Of a stretch of DNA of 64,000 nucleotides, positions 48,505-59,227 are shown one piece after another. Each line of letters opens with the position of its first letter. Position 1 is the stretch's first letter. A program made the translations under genes and the position numbers. Under the pieces are notes generated by a model. It made no database searches, had not been told where the DNA came from, and was given only the letters and a program-made list of their open reading frames with translations. Source of the stretch: an uncultured Candidatus Saccharibacteria bacterium (GTDB taxonomy: Bacteria > Patescibacteriota > Saccharimonadia > CAILAD01 > BJGX01); NCBI GenBank assembly GCA_964610335.1, contig CAZSVP010000001.1, positions 351,442 through 415,441 of the forward strand. The letters run 5' to 3'.

Positions 48505-51269
48505 CCGCCACCCTGACCCAAGCCGGTGGCCTTACTTCAACCGTCAACGGTGTAGTTGCCAATCAAACCATTGGTGCTGGTACTACTGCTCAGCTTCTTG
48601 GTTACGATGGTGCCGGTAATGCAGTTTACCAGTCTGTTGCTGGTATTTTATCTGGCAATACTACCAATTCACTAGCTTGGGCACAGGGCACAGCAACTCT
48701 TACTAGTACGGTCAATGGTGTAGCTAGCAACGTGGTACTTAGTTGCCCTACTACCACTACTTTCATATGTCAAAACGGTAACTCACTAGCAGGTACTATA
48801 ACAGTCGGAAGCAATGACTCTAACTCCCTGGCTTTTGAAACTGCTGGCCTTACACAGGCAAGTATTGCAGTGGGTGGAGCTACTTCCTTCCAAAACACCA
48901 CCAACTCTACAAATGCCTTCCGAGTCATTAATGCCGCTGGCACCAATACACTTCTTACAGTAGATACTACCAACAATCGTGTAATCATTAGTTCAGGGAC
49001 ATCCATTACTAGTCCAGGTACTGGTAGTAACTCTGAGAAGTTTGGCCTCAATGCAAGTGTGGGGGCAAATGATAATGCTGTGGCAGTTGGTAATGCGGCA
49101 ACAGCTGCCGGTATAGAATCTGTTGCGATTGGTAGAAGTACTAGTGCAGGCACTGGAAGTGTGGTGATTGGCTTCGGCACATCCACTGCTAGCACTAATA
49201 GTGTCACTATTGGACATAGCTTAACAGCAAGTGGTTCAAATACGGTCACAATTGGATCTTCAAACACTGTGGGCAACAACAATAATGGTGTAGTGGTAGG
49301 GTATAACAATACTACCTCGCCAAGTGGCGGGTACGCGATAGCGGTGGGCCGAGATAACACCTGTCTAAATGCTTGTTTTGGAGCATTCAATATTGTCTCA
49401 GATCTTGGGGCAAATAACCGAACGACGATTGGATTTAACAACACTGTCTCACAGTCTTCAAACGCTATCACTGCTGGGTATTTGAATACTATGTCATCGG
49501 GCACCAATGCTCAGATTTATGGTACTAGCAATGACTACACCGGCAATGGTTCGAATGGTTTTGGTGGAATCTTCGGGTATAACAACACGATTGATGGCAG
49601 TGGTGTAAATACAGGAGTAGGTTCTTACGCGGTGGGTATAGGTAATAGTATTGTAGTTACATCTAGTGGTGATGGTGACGCATTTGCATTTGGCAAAAAT
49701 AACAATATCACCGCACCAGGCGCAATTGCCCTTGGGGATACCAATACAGTAGCAGCGCAAAATGGAATATCGCTTGGAATGAACAATAGTGCAACTTCAA
49801 ACAATTCCAATGCTATTTCCATAGGGCAGGGCAATACTCATGCTCAAAATCGAGACAACTTTACACTGATTGGTTTCAATAATGTGGCTGGCGGCACCAA
49901 CTCTACTGACGGATTAGCTATCGGCACAGGCAACACTGCTCAAGATCGAGGCGCATCTATTGGACGTAATAACACGCCAGGTGGTGAAGATAGCTACGTA
50001 TTCGGTAATGGTAATACCCCATTTGGTCAATTTAGTTATATCTTTGGTGGATCCAACACTGGTAGCGGTGGAAACAATAGCGGCACTACAGCACTGTTAG
50101 GGTTTAGTAACAACATCGTTCAAAACTCTACGCAAGCCGACGACGTTTTGGTGGGTAGTGACAACAATGTCACTATTAATTCCGCGAACAATGTAAATTA
50201 TATCTTCGGCGAGAATAATACAATGAACCACACGATCGTTAACGGTAACGGCTATATTATTGGTGGCAATAACACCATCAGTGCAGCTGGGTCTTCAGAA
50301 GATTTTGCTATGGTTATAGGCAACGGCATAACCAACTCAACCTCACAAACTATACAAATCGGGCTTTCCAACGCGGGCAAGGTTACTTTCACTAGCGGCG
50401 GATCAGTAGATATAGGTGCGGCTACGACACCAACACACAAGCTTACGGTAACCGATACCACCACCACTGATGTTGCTCGTTTCAATGGTAGCGCCGGCAC
50501 TCAGTGTACTGTAGTCGCGGGTACTGGCTGGAGCTGTACTAGTGACGACTCGCTTAAAGCCAACGAAGTAAGTATGGATGTGATAGGAACACTCGCCAAG
50601 CTAGGCGCCTTGCGCCCTGTAACCTATCAATGGCAGGGTGATTATGACCAGTGGGTGGCAAATGGCTCAATTCCTGGTGACGAGCCAGATATGCAATACG
50701 GCTTTATAGCCCAAGAGGTAGAAAGCATTTTCCCTGAAGTGGTCAGTACTGATGCTGTCACTGGATTGAAATCGATTAATTACGGCCGACTCAATACATT
50801 TATGATCGCAGCACTCAAAGAAAATTATGGTCTTATCAGTAACTTCCAGAATACATTTACATTTCCAGACGCCTCTACCGTACAAGTTTCGCGTAAGTTA
50901 ATTGCCGACGGTGGTATTGAAGTACCTGGTACAACTGAGCTTAACGGCGCCACAACTGTGAATGCCTTACTAACCATCAACGGTGCAGTGCAGTTCAATG
51001 GTGCGGCTACATTTGATAGTACTAGCAGGTTCAATGGCCGGGCAGAGTTTGGATCCAACAATACTGGTACCACTACTATTACGGCTGGTGCAACCAGCGT
51101 GTCTGTGCCATTCCCCACCACGTTTACATCAGTGCCTACAGTAACAGTAACTCCTGCTAACTTTATTACCGGCCAGTATCGATACACGGGAGTTACAACC
51201 TCCGGTTTTACTATTGAGCTAGATACACCCCAAGCTGCAAACACTACCTTTAGTTGGCAAGCCTTCTAG
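47937..51269 (+). CDS. membrane-anchored collagen-like / tail-fibre-like surface protein with a C-terminal S74-like chaperone domain, paralog 2
   Basis: GTG start. TM anchor [21 protein letters not shown]. Gly-X-Y tract [32 protein letters not shown] (nt 48304-48402). About 700 aa of GN/NT-rich repeats. C-terminal [13 protein letters not shown]...[16 protein letters not shown]. Confidence 0.8.
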   Translation: MEQQSNTTQQPQYEEVDKKSHWLIWLLVGLAALFLVIIIILRGLCTDVWYIRMLGLNDRWCPSPASSLVGKTDLADGSVTGKKVASETITVSNLSQPIQQFITNTEQTLQQITQQISQVSNVPGPAGPVGATGLQGATGPTGATGATGATGPPGPAEPITSNVLNSAGNSLDSTVNGVGSNVVSIINSNTATLTQAGGLTSTVNGVVANQTIGAGTTAQLLGYDGAGNAVYQSVAGILSGNTTNSLAWAQGTATLTSTVNGVASNVVLSCPTTTTFICQNGNSLAGTITVGSNDSNSLAFETAGLTQASIAVGGATSFQNTTNSTNAFRVINAAGTNTLLTVDTTNNRVIISSGTSITSPGTGSNSEKFGLNASVGANDNAVAVGNAATAAGIESVAIGRSTSAGTGSVVIGFGTSTASTNSVTIGHSLTASGSNTVTIGSSNTVGNNNNGVVVGYNNTTSPSGGYAIAVGRDNTCLNACFGAFNIVSDLGANNRTTIGFNNTVSQSSNAITAGYLNTMSSGTNAQIYGTSNDYTGNGSNGFGGIFGYNNTIDGSGVNTGVGSYAVGIGNSIVVTSSGDGDAFAFGKNNNITAPGAIALGDTNTVAAQNGISLGMNNSATSNNSNAISIGQGNTHAQNRDNFTLIGFNNVAGGTNSTDGLAIGTGNTAQDRGASIGRNNTPGGEDSYVFGNGNTPFGQFSYIFGGSNTGSGGNNSGTTALLGFSNNIVQNSTQADDVLVGSDNNVTINSANNVNYIFGENNTMNHTIVNGNGYIIGGNNTISAAGSSEDFAMVIGNGITNSTSQTIQIGLSNAGKVTFTSGGSVDIGAATTPTHKLTVTDTTTTDVARFNGSAGTQCTVVAGTGWSCTSDDSLKANEVSMDVIGTLAKLGALRPVTYQWQGDYDQWVANGSIPGDEPDMQYGFIAQEVESIFPEVVSTDAVTGLKSINYGRLNTFMIAALKENYGLISNFQNTFTFPDASTVQVSRKLIADGGIEVPGTTELNGATTVNALLTINGAVQFNGAATFDSTSRFNGRAEFGSNNTGTTTITAGATSVSVPFPTTFTSVPTVTVTPANFITGQYRYTGVTTSGFTIELDTPQAANTTFSWQAF

Positions 51270-51288
51270 ATATCATACGCAGTAGTTG

Positions 51289-51888
51289 TTATACTACTAA
51301 CATAACAGCTTTGGAAGAGCGTGGAACAACAGAGTAATACAACACAACAACCCCAATACGAGGAAGTAGATAAGAAGTCACATTGGCTCATCTGGCTATT
51401 AGTCGGTTTAGCAGCCCTCTTTCTTGTAATCATAATTATCTTACGTGGTCTCTGTACTGATGTATGGTATATCCGGATGCTTGGTCTCAATGATCGCTGG
51501 TGCCCATCACCTGCTAGTAGTTTGGTCGGTAAGACAGATCTTGCTGATGGTAGTGTGACTGGTAAGAAGGTAGCCTCTGAGACTATTACTGTCAGCAACC
51601 TTTCTCAACCCATCCAGCAGTTCATTACCAACACCGAGCAAACACTTCAGCAAATAACTCAACAAATCTCTCAGGTATCCAATGTCCCTGGCCCTGCTGG
51701 CCCAGTCGGTGCCACTGGTTTGCAAGGTGCTACCGGTCCAACTGGAGCTACCGGTGCAACTGGTGCCACTGGCCCTCCCGGACCAGCTGAGCCGATTACT
51801 TCCAATGTTCTCAACTCAGCTGGCAACTCTCTAGACTCTACTGTCAATGGAGTGGGCTCTAATGTAGTGAGTATTATTAATTCGAATA
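51289..51888 (+). repeat. direct repeat copy B (about 600 bp)
   Basis: See copy A. The two copies diverge immediately after aattcgaata. Confidence 0.85.
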
Positions 51889-54326
51889 GTTTGGTAAATA
51901 ATGGGGTGAATACTCTCACTTCTACTATCAATGGTGTGGCCGACTCGGATCCAATAGTTAACACAGTTTCTAACTCCTCGGCAGTGAACACACTGACCAC
52001 TACCGTAAATGGAGTAGCTGGCGTAGGTGTATCAATAATTAACAGCAATAGTCTTTCGTTGATCGGCAATAACTTAACATCAACGGTCAATGGCATAGCA
52101 AGCTCAGCACTGGACCTAAGTACTGTCCAGCCTACTACTTGCTCGAGCTCGAGTCAGTACTTCTGTCAAAACGGTAACTCGTTTGGGTCTACTGCGGTGA
52201 TAGGCACCAACGATGCTAACGCCTTGAGGTTTGAGACCGCAGGCACTAGCCGTATCGAGCTTACAACTGCTGGCCACCTTACACCACTTGTAGATGATGC
52301 TCAAGATCTTGGTAGCAGCGTACTGCGTTGGCGCGACTTATACTTAGGACCCGGCACGCTAAATATCGGCTCAAATGCTAGCAACTATGGCATCTCGTTT
52401 GATACTACTGGAGTTGGTAGCTTGGTCTTCAACGAGAATGGCGACGATACCGATGTGCGAATAGAGGGTGACACTGAGGCCAATCTGGTATTTGTTGATG
52501 CTTCTGCTGGTAGAGTTGGCATAGGTACTAACGCACCAGCGGCTTCACTTCATGTTGTGGGTAATATTACTAGTCCGGGCACTGGTAGTAACTCTGAAAA
52601 GTTTGGATTGAACGCGAGTGTTGGAGCAAATGACAACGCTGTTGCGATTGGTAATGCTGCGACAGCGGGAGCTATAAGTAGTACTGCCTTAGGTAGGAGC
52701 GCTAACGCGTCTGGCTCTGGTGCAATAGCAATTGGACAGGGAGCATCTACTGGTTCTGCACAGGCGATTGCAATTGGCCAGGGTCAGGGCGCTGGAGCAA
52801 ACTCTATCCAGATTGGGACAGGGAATAGTAGTTCCAATAATAGTGTAATTTTGGGTACTAGCAATTCAACCAATCGTCACTCACAAATTATTCTAGGTAA
52901 TTCCAATAGTAGCTTTGCTAACGATAGCGTGACAATTATTGGTCACAGCAGCTCCGCAAACTCTGGAGTTGTAATTGGTGATTCTAACACTGGTGGCCGA
53001 GGAGCAATTATAGGCGCTAGTAACACAAATGATACAAATTCTGGTATTAGCTATATATTTGGTGCTAGCAACACAACCAGTGGTATACAAAATGGCCTTC
53101 TACTCGCTGGCCAATTAAATAGTATTACTTCAGCTTATAATTCTACTGCCGTCGGTTTTTCCAACACTGTTACCGGTGCTGGCTCCAATGCCTCAAACGG
53201 TGCATTTGGAAGAAGCAATGTGGTAGATACTTCACTTAATGGCAACAATGGTGGCGGATCGTTTGCATTTGGTTTTAGTAATAATATAACTGATGATGGG
53301 ACAGTCTTGGGTGGCACCAACTCATTTGCTTTTGGTGGCAGTAATTCTATCACCAAAAGCAACGCGTTCGTAGTTGGAAGGAATATTACTAATTCTACTA
53401 ACAACAATATGGAGATAGGGCTGAGCAATGCTGGCAAAATCAGCATCACTAGTGGTGGTTCAGTCGATATCGGTGGTGCAACCGCTCCTACAAATAAGCT
53501 AACCGTTACAGATACTACTACTACCAACGTTGCTCGGTTCAACGGCAGTGCCGGTACCCAGTGTACAGTTGTGGCAGGAACAGGACTGAGTTGTACTAGT
53601 GATGTATCACTAAAAGCTAATGTTTTAGACATGAATATAGTTGGTAGCCTAGCCAAGCTCGGTGCACTTAAGCCAGTCACTTACCAATGGAAAGGAGACT
53701 ATGATCAGTGGGTAGCTAATGGTTCAATCCCTGCATATGAGCCTGGTACTCAATATGGTTTTGTTGCTCAAGATGTTGAGACCGTTCTACCCGAGGCTGT
53801 CGAGACGGACCCTATCACTGGGCTTAAAATGATTAACTATGGCAAGCTCAATACATTTATGGTAGCTGCACTTAAGGAAAACTATGGCTCGATCCAGGCA
53901 TTTCAATCTACGTTTGATCTTTCTAGCCCTACTGTTGTGGGTATAAACCGCAACATTGTTGCTTCAGGCTCACTTGCAGTAGATGGTGCTGCTGTATTCA
54001 ATGGAGCAGTTACTCAAAATGGTTTAAACACCTTCAACTCTTCAGTTAGTTTTGTTGGTACTGCCAACTTTGATGGAACGACTAACGTAAACGGTCGCTT
54101 GCAACTTAGTAATAACAATACTGGATCTGCTACTGTCACAACTGGCAATAGTAGTGTTCATGTGAATTTTCCTACCTCGTTTGCTAGTGCGCCAAATGTA
54201 AATCTTACCCCTCAAGATTTTGTTAATGGCCAGTATAGAGTGACCAATGTTGGCGCTGCTGGCTTTGATATTGAGCTAAGCCAGGTACAAGCAGGCAATA
54301 CGTCGTTTTACTGGCAAGCTTTCTAG
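51321..54326 (+). CDS. membrane-anchored collagen-like / tail-fibre-like surface protein with a C-terminal S74-like chaperone domain, paralog 3
   Basis: First roughly 190 aa are identical to paralog 2. Divergent central repeats. C-terminal SCTSDVSLKANVL...YGFVAQDVETVLPEAV. Confidence 0.8.
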   Translation: MEQQSNTTQQPQYEEVDKKSHWLIWLLVGLAALFLVIIIILRGLCTDVWYIRMLGLNDRWCPSPASSLVGKTDLADGSVTGKKVASETITVSNLSQPIQQFITNTEQTLQQITQQISQVSNVPGPAGPVGATGLQGATGPTGATGATGATGPPGPAEPITSNVLNSAGNSLDSTVNGVGSNVVSIINSNSLVNNGVNTLTSTINGVADSDPIVNTVSNSSAVNTLTTTVNGVAGVGVSIINSNSLSLIGNNLTSTVNGIASSALDLSTVQPTTCSSSSQYFCQNGNSFGSTAVIGTNDANALRFETAGTSRIELTTAGHLTPLVDDAQDLGSSVLRWRDLYLGPGTLNIGSNASNYGISFDTTGVGSLVFNENGDDTDVRIEGDTEANLVFVDASAGRVGIGTNAPAASLHVVGNITSPGTGSNSEKFGLNASVGANDNAVAIGNAATAGAISSTALGRSANASGSGAIAIGQGASTGSAQAIAIGQGQGAGANSIQIGTGNSSSNNSVILGTSNSTNRHSQIILGNSNSSFANDSVTIIGHSSSANSGVVIGDSNTGGRGAIIGASNTNDTNSGISYIFGASNTTSGIQNGLLLAGQLNSITSAYNSTAVGFSNTVTGAGSNASNGAFGRSNVVDTSLNGNNGGGSFAFGFSNNITDDGTVLGGTNSFAFGGSNSITKSNAFVVGRNITNSTNNNMEIGLSNAGKISITSGGSVDIGGATAPTNKLTVTDTTTTNVARFNGSAGTQCTVVAGTGLSCTSDVSLKANVLDMNIVGSLAKLGALKPVTYQWKGDYDQWVANGSIPAYEPGTQYGFVAQDVETVLPEAVETDPITGLKMINYGKLNTFMVAALKENYGSIQAFQSTFDLSSPTVVGINRNIVASGSLAVDGAAVFNGAVTQNGLNTFNSSVSFVGTANFDGTTNVNGRLQLSNNNTGSATVTTGNSSVHVNFPTSFASAPNVNLTPQDFVNGQYRVTNVGAAGFDIELSQVQAGNTSFYWQAF

Positions 54327-54378
54327 ACATCTGCATCTGGTAGCTGCTATACTACTACCATAACAACTTTGGAAGAGT

Positions 54379-57036
54379 GTGGAACAGAATAACAATACAA
54401 TACAAAACCAGCAAGGGCCTCAATATGAGGAAACTACCAAACAATCACATTGGCTGATTTGGCTACTCATAGGCTTAGCTTTTCTCTTCTTAATCATCAT
54501 AATAATCTTACGAGGCCTCTGTACTGATGTCTGGTATATCCGGATGCTCGGACTCAATGACAAGTATTGTAGTAGTGCAACTAGCTTACCTAATGCCAAC
54601 AACCAAACTAATCCTAGACTGTCTCTTTCTGGAGCCACTCTTACAGTATCTACCAGTGGTGGTAACCAAAGTATGGTAGACCTCTCTAGTTTGTTACAGC
54701 CAGGTGCCACCGGCCCTGCTGGTCCGGCTGGTGCCAATGGGTTTAACGGCTTCAATGGTAGTACTGGTGCGACAGGTGCAACTGGGGCAACAGGACCTGC
54801 TGGCCCCACCGATCCGTGTGTGAGTGCTGGTACTTACTTCTGTCAAGGTGGAAACACTTACGGTACCACAGCCTTACTAGGCACCAATGACGCACAGGAT
54901 TTGCAAGTGCGTACGGCTGGGACGAGTTCGCTCAACATAGACACACTAGGCAACTTAGTTGCTAACAAAGTCGCGACCCTCGGTGCTTATGGGCAGGCCA
55001 CATTTACGGGGCTGTCTGGTAGCAATATAGTTATTCCTACTGGCGATTTGGCACCAGGAGTTTCAACCTTTACTGATTCCAGCGCGAATATTTTACAGAC
55101 TGAGTCAGCTACACTCATCGGCTCCAACCACAACATGGGTTGGGCCATTAATTCAACCTTGACTGATACCAACAATAATCTAATGTACGCCATAGGCAGT
55201 AATATAAATGGTGGCTATGGGTTTGTGGGGCAATTCGTGGGAGCTTCGATTAGTGGGTCTAGTAATTTGCTAGGTCAATTTGGTAGTCCTGGATTTTTGC
55301 CCACAGTGGTTACTAATAGTAGTAATATTCTTGGTAGTGCAAAATCCGGCACTAGTATTACCAATAGCAGTGATGCATTTCTTAGCTTACAAAATAGCAG
55401 CACAGTAAATCTAGTCACAAATAGCATACTGCGCTTAGACAATGGTACAGCAAATGTTGTTGATCGCTCGATTATTCAAGATGATAATGGTAGTTTTACA
55501 AATGTTCTTGCGGCAGTAGCAAACGGTAGCAATATATCACTAACCAATGTTTTTAATGGTGCTTATTTGGGGACAGGCCTAACAGTAACTGATGCCGATC
55601 GATCTGCTATTACAGGAGTTGGTGTGACCGCAAATGACCTGGTAAACACTAACGCTACAGGTTTTGGGTTGGGTCTGAACAATGTTCACTGGAGTAATAT
55701 CAACGGTTTCAACGCTGATCTTACTGATGTAACTTGGAGTAATTTATTGATTGACGGGGGCTTAGGTGGAACTACCATTCTTGATGTGAGCCACTATACA
55801 GGAGAATTTCTAGGAGACAATACTATTTCTGGTATTTATACAGGTACTGGTATAGTTAGCGACTCTACTGTCAACAATAGTGGTGGCCTTACCGGCATGT
55901 TTACTTTGGCAAATGTAGATAATACAGAAAACATTGTTGGTCATTTTGGTGGGTATTGTAATGGTACGGCTCCTGACGGCCCATTTGGATGTAATGTTGG
56001 TTACAATATCGAGTTTGATCTTCATGATAGCGGCGGCATTGTAGGAATTGCTAGGTGGACTAACATATACAACTCCGGTAGTAGCTTTTTCAACTTGGAT
56101 TCAGCCGACCCGCTTGTATTTGCCTCAGGCGTTACTGGAGTTAATAATAGCTACGTAAATGGTACGGATTTAACACTTGATACTGTAAACTCCAGTATTT
56201 TGGCATCTAGCTTTTCGAGTATTCAACAGTCTACTAGCTTGTTGGCTCTCGGCTCAGACTTGGATCTTAATGGCCTAGACCATGCAATCTTCACAGGCGA
56301 GAATGCGACTATCTCGGATGTCGGTGTAGGCAACTACGACTACTCATTCATCGGCACAGATAGTGCCGGAAATATTAACACACGAATCGGCAACAAAGGC
56401 CAGGACTCGTGGACAAATCTCAGTGGCGGCAACGTCGGTATTGGCACCAACACTCCTACCAGTACCGCTGCTTCTGGAAACCTTGAAGTAGCCGGTAATA
56501 TAAGAGTAGATGGTATAGGTGGTGGCCCATCAGCCAGTACAGTTTGTGTTAATGGCACCAACGATCTCGTACTTTGTTCTTCCTCGGCTCGCTACAAAGA
56601 GAATGTCCAAGAATTATCACTTGGCCTAGAGACATTGATGCAACTCAAAGCTGTTTCATATGATTGGAAAGAAGACGGTACTCATGATCTAGGATTCATA
56701 GCCGAAGACACAGCTGCTATTAGTAGCTTACTTGCTACCTACAATAACCAAGGTGAGATTCAGGGTGTTAAATACGACAAGCTAACAGCAGTAATCACCA
56801 ATGCTGTCCAGCAGCAACAAGGCAAGATTGAAGATATTAACAAACAACTTGCAGCTCAAGGGTTGAGTATTGATGAGTTGAGCGACGAGCTTAAGAAAGT
56901 TATTGGCCGAGTTGATACGCTAGAATCTGAAGTTCAAGACCTCAAGGACCAGGTTAAACAGTTACAAAAACAGGTCAATATCTCGACTGACTCAACAACA
57001 ACACCCAAGAACCCCAACCCTACCACTACTCCTTAG
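54379..57036 (+). CDS. membrane-anchored collagen-like / tail-fibre-like surface protein, paralog 4, with a C-terminal S74-like domain plus a coiled-coil tail
   Basis: Related N-terminus ([23 protein letters not shown]). Gly-X-Y tract [65 protein letters not shown]...GFIAEDTAA. Terminal coiled coil and a TTTPKNPNPTTTP tail. Confidence 0.8.
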   Translation: MEQNNNTIQNQQGPQYEETTKQSHWLIWLLIGLAFLFLIIIIILRGLCTDVWYIRMLGLNDKYCSSATSLPNANNQTNPRLSLSGATLTVSTSGGNQSMVDLSSLLQPGATGPAGPAGANGFNGFNGSTGATGATGATGPAGPTDPCVSAGTYFCQGGNTYGTTALLGTNDAQDLQVRTAGTSSLNIDTLGNLVANKVATLGAYGQATFTGLSGSNIVIPTGDLAPGVSTFTDSSANILQTESATLIGSNHNMGWAINSTLTDTNNNLMYAIGSNINGGYGFVGQFVGASISGSSNLLGQFGSPGFLPTVVTNSSNILGSAKSGTSITNSSDAFLSLQNSSTVNLVTNSILRLDNGTANVVDRSIIQDDNGSFTNVLAAVANGSNISLTNVFNGAYLGTGLTVTDADRSAITGVGVTANDLVNTNATGFGLGLNNVHWSNINGFNADLTDVTWSNLLIDGGLGGTTILDVSHYTGEFLGDNTISGIYTGTGIVSDSTVNNSGGLTGMFTLANVDNTENIVGHFGGYCNGTAPDGPFGCNVGYNIEFDLHDSGGIVGIARWTNIYNSGSSFFNLDSADPLVFASGVTGVNNSYVNGTDLTLDTVNSSILASSFSSIQQSTSLLALGSDLDLNGLDHAIFTGENATISDVGVGNYDYSFIGTDSAGNINTRIGNKGQDSWTNLSGGNVGIGTNTPTSTAASGNLEVAGNIRVDGIGGGPSASTVCVNGTNDLVLCSSSARYKENVQELSLGLETLMQLKAVSYDWKEDGTHDLGFIAEDTAAISSLLATYNNQGEIQGVKYDKLTAVITNAVQQQQGKIEDINKQLAAQGLSIDELSDELKKVIGRVDTLESEVQDLKDQVKQLQKQVNISTDSTTTPKNPNPTTTP

Positions 57037-57054
57037 TTTTTCAGGTTAAAATGC

Positions 57055-57083
57055 TTGCTTCCAACCTGTTGAGTAGGTATAAT
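57055..57083 (+). promoter_or_regulatory. sigma70-like promoter for gyrBA
   Basis: TTGCTT, a 17-nt spacer and TATAAT, 72 nt upstream of the gyrB ATG. Confidence 0.45.
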
Positions 57084-57149
57084 AGTAGTATAACTGAGAG
57101 CTAACTATAGCTTATGTTTTATTTGTCTAAATGTAGGGTGATATACTAG

Positions 57150-59219
<2,070 letters not shown>

Positions 59220-59227
59220 GGAATACC

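Noticed and set aside
48770-49507. 245-aa antisense ORF inside fibre paralog 2 (similar ones at 48287-48562, 51671-52096, 53135-53680, 50825-51244 and 54420-54809)
   Set aside because: These are products of low-complexity, repeat-rich coding sequence read on the opposite strand (Pro/Val/Leu-rich nonsense). The sense-strand fibre genes have coherent domain architecture.
47905-51888. IS element or transposon explaining the 600-bp direct repeat
   Set aside because: The repeat consists of a leader plus the N-terminal coding region of two paralogous genes. There is no transposase, no terminal inverted repeats and no target-site duplication. It is a gene-duplication or gene-conversion tract.
45543-57036. 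Prophage or contractile-injection-system tail-fibre region
   Set aside because: The S74 chaperone domain is phage-like. However, no capsid, terminase, portal, sheath/tube, baseplate, integrase or att repeats occur in the 64 kb. All four proteins also carry N-terminal membrane anchors. They are better read as cellular surface fibres, though phage genes outside the window cannot be excluded.
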